64,000 nucleotides of DNA from Chlorokybus atmophyticus (lineage: Eukaryota > Plantae > Mesostigma and Chlorokybus algae), in the NCBI GenBank assembly GCA_009103225.1, contig RHPI01002112.1, positions 342,150-406,149 on the forward strand, given 5' to 3'. The translations under genes and the position numbers were made by a program. Under the pieces are notes generated by a model, which ran no database searches, had not been told where the DNA came from, and worked only from the letters and a program-made list of their open reading frames with translations. Below, in pieces: positions 61,240 through 64,000 of the stretch (its first letter is position 1; each line of letters opens with the position of its first letter).

Positions 61240-61470
61240 CCAACCCACGGCATCGATGTTTGCATGGATACCGCATGTAGTTAATGGCTCATGAAGACAA
61301 AAAGCTAATAAATGCAACATGAATTACGATTCACATTTTTAATAATATAACTACCTTGCTTATTTGGCCGCCGTGTTTTCCCTCATTTCGCCATCAAAGA
61401 CAAACCCAAAACATGCACGCTGCCGGGAAAGTTATCCGTCCACTATCTGTCAGGTTGGTCTTCATGCGGC
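61240..61470 (+). repeat. Diverged dispersed AT-rich repeat, copy 2 (related to ~11330-11630)
   Basis: Same ordered short blocks as the 11.3-11.6 kb copy. Confidence 0.6.
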
Positions 61471-63126
61471 GTTGTACAATTGTACAATGGTGTGTGATAG
61501 CAATACCATATAGGTAGCACGACTTGGGCCAATTGTGTAACCACAAGAAATGACGTTCTAATCCATTCACGTGGCCTACATAACCGCAGACAGCAATTAT
61601 AGTATGTATAATGTCACTTGCGACGGCATTTTCGTGTCGTGTTTTTGCTTACACGCTGTGGTTGGATGTAACCGCTAACGTGACTTACTTGAACACCATG
61701 CATGCACACCCATCATACTGCAAGCTAATAACAACCACTTGATGCCACACCCTTACCATCACTCCACCTTCGCTGATCAATATAAAGTGTAGCAGTGGTG
61801 GGGGTGCGTATCGGCGAACTTGCCGGCCAGTTTGCCAATACGCACTCCACCTCCTTCCCTGACCCAATCATTAGCGCAGTGTCCGCATCATGATCAACGG
61901 CCCATTTGGCTCAAATGCTCAACCCAGCATTCCTGCCACATGTTTCTTTACCATACATACCGTTAAACATGCATTCACAGTGCTATCGCTGTTCACGCAT
62001 TACTGCGTACACACATAACTCATAATACACATCATGCTTATACGTAATCTGCTGGCCCAGCATATTACATTGCTATTAACTTACGCTAAGGCAACATCCA
62101 GATACACGAGTGCTGCGTTCGTGATGGGGGGTCATTAGCTATCGGTGCCTTGACATTGCTACCATCGCCGTTGCTCAACACTTCATAATCGCAATGGCTT
62201 ACATGCACAGCAAAGCGCATGCCACACGCTCACGGCATAGATACACACTTCTCAAGCGTCGCTGCTCGCGCCATGCACCGTCATGATGTGGCGCGGGCAC
62301 AAGCGTAGGACATACCGAAAGTCCTCCCCCGTTATGGCATGCGTCTTTATCGCCAGCGAGCAGAACATGTCCCACGGCGGATAATAGCTATACTTTTGCT
62401 GCCGCAATTGATCTCGCCCAAAGAGCGCCTACAGAGCGCAGACCACAACCGGCTAAGCTACTCCACTCCCTTCTCCGTCCGAGTGTGCGAGGCACATTCC
62501 AGAATGTGCCTCACAGCCCTTTCAGCGCCTGCTGCGGCTGAGTGCAGGACGCATTCCAATGGCTGGGAGCTGAAGAGCCTCGCCGAAACGGCCGTGGTTG
62601 TCCATTGCAAGCTGGTACAACACATCGCCCACACGTGAGCAATGTATCACTACGCCGCCACACCAGTCCACTGCGCAGCGTTGTGGTTACAGCGCTTCTC
62701 AGCAATGGCTTTGCATTGGCATGCAGTGTAGACATTACACCTATTCATAAAGCACTCATTTGCTGAGCGTGTCTACTCCTGCAATTTATGTATCTGCAAA
62801 GACACCCACGCCTGCAATGACATCCTCAAACCGAACTGCATGCATTTGCATGACTTGCAACTAAAGAGCAAAGGTTTGGCACAGGCAGGCAGCCTGGCAG
62901 AGGCACTGGCTGACATGGGCCTACATCACTCAACTGATGGCACGTACTTAATAATGTATGTACATGTCGAAGCTTTTTGAGTGCAAGCGACAGCAAGGAG
63001 CTGTCCAATGTGCAAGAATAAACGACCAGTGTGCCAACTTGGTATCTTTCCTACATTTGCGTCCTATGTATTTCTGGTGCAAGGCCTGTCATGCTGTGCA
63101 TCAGGACCATGCGCAAGTCGGGCTGA

Positions 63127-64000
63127 TCATGACGTCTGTGGAGCAGAGTTCAACGCAGCATACTCTTCACGTAACTCCTGCAACCGCACGGACACCTGCA
63201 GACAAGTTGTGAGTGCTACCGGCATAGACGACCACCCAAATGCAATCACAATTTAGGTTCCCAGTTGCATACAAACCTTGAACTCCAAAGCCAAGGGGAT
63301 CAACGAGTCTGCCTCGAGGAGATCTTTGGGGAAGTTTCGCAGTGCTTGTATCAGCTTTTCAAAGGGCATAGTGATCTGCCAGCCAGCCAGTTGTAAGACA
63401 ATCTGCAAACCATAGCAACCTCCAAGACAATGGCAACTACAACACGGCTCCTAGGGGAACAAACCCACTGCACACGCCACATGCAATGTACGAACGACCT
63501 TTGGTGTTTTGCTTCTTCTCACATCTTACCAGTTGGTCGTGCATTCTCTTGAGTAGTGCAAGGCCAACTCGAAACACTATCTTCATCCCCTGCATGAAGA
63601 TTACATATCAACATGGCTGGACACAGCTGGTACACACGCTGATTGCAACAGCTGTGTGCTGCAATAAGATGGCAAACCAAGTACCTCAAGCAGAAAGATG
63701 TCCCAAATTCGCAGTGCCAACGGGAATGGCAGGGAATATGAGAAAACGCAAATGAACCACTGGCTAGCGTACATGGATGGATTGACGTGTTCATCTCTGC
63801 ACCGGAGTTGTAGTATCAGAAGCGAGGGATACTGGCCAAGCTGTGCCAGTGCTAGGCAGCAACACAATGCGGCGCGTGGAGGCTTACCTGAAATGCTGGC
63901 TTAGGCGCGGCATGTGCTCGTCCACCAACTTCTCAAACTGGAAGAGATACTGCTGGACAAGCGGGAGACCAGGGTGGTACATGCCTTCCATGGGGGAGTG
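63127..64000 (-). CDS. TBC-domain Rab GTPase-activating protein (EVI5/RABGAP1-like), 3' part
   Basis: EGMYHPGLPLVQQYLFQFEKLVDEHMPRL..HF|..PSMYASQWFICVFSYSLPFPLALRIWDIFLLE|GMKIVFRVGLALL|..FEKLIQALRNF|VSVRLQELREEY. TGA at 63127-63129. Confidence 0.9.

Noticed and set aside
1-64000. CRISPR arrays, rRNA or prokaryotic operons
   Set aside because: No repeat-spacer arrays or rRNA-like sequence. All intact genes are spliceosomal-intron eukaryotic genes.

Overview
Intron-rich eukaryotic nuclear DNA from the green lineage. Evidence: a green-plastid ndhH fragment, a DUF6737 protein with a chloroplast-type transit peptide, and SRD2/SNAPC1-like and At5g22320-like genes. An early-diverging streptophyte alga or prasinophyte is my inference only. 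Gene models were hand-spliced from GT/GC-AG sites and recalled family motifs, with no database search. Gene order: GH31 alpha-xylosidase (-, with an ndhH NUPT in an intron), GGT pseudogene (+), GT34 (+), GCR1_C gene a (+), DUF6737 (+), canonical mitochondrial PDH E1-alpha (-), GCR1_C gene b (+), a 6.8-kb decayed duplicate block, SNAPC1 (-), CH-coiled coil-PH-LRR gene (+), divergent PDH E1-alpha (-), SDS22-like LRR gene (+), TH1-like domain-AGC kinase fusion (-), FBXO15-like F-box gene (+), RING E3 ligase (+), TBC RabGAP (-, partial). Main observations: (1) The block at ~24.0-30.8 kb is an inverted and circularly permuted copy of ~38.3-46.3 kb, the pattern expected from re-integration of an extrachromosomal circle. 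(2) A ~34-kb domain (21.5-55.5 kb) shows a recurring C-rich to G-rich switch centred on exons that the flanking genes lack. (3) There are three E1-alpha copies, one intact but with substitutions next to the active site. (4) Several genes are of types not typical of land plants. (5) An apparently identical 716-bp TGTACA-bounded segment occurs twice, and there is a dense hairpin array at 10.6-10.8 kb. I recognised no CRISPR array, rRNA, tRNA or autonomous transposase.
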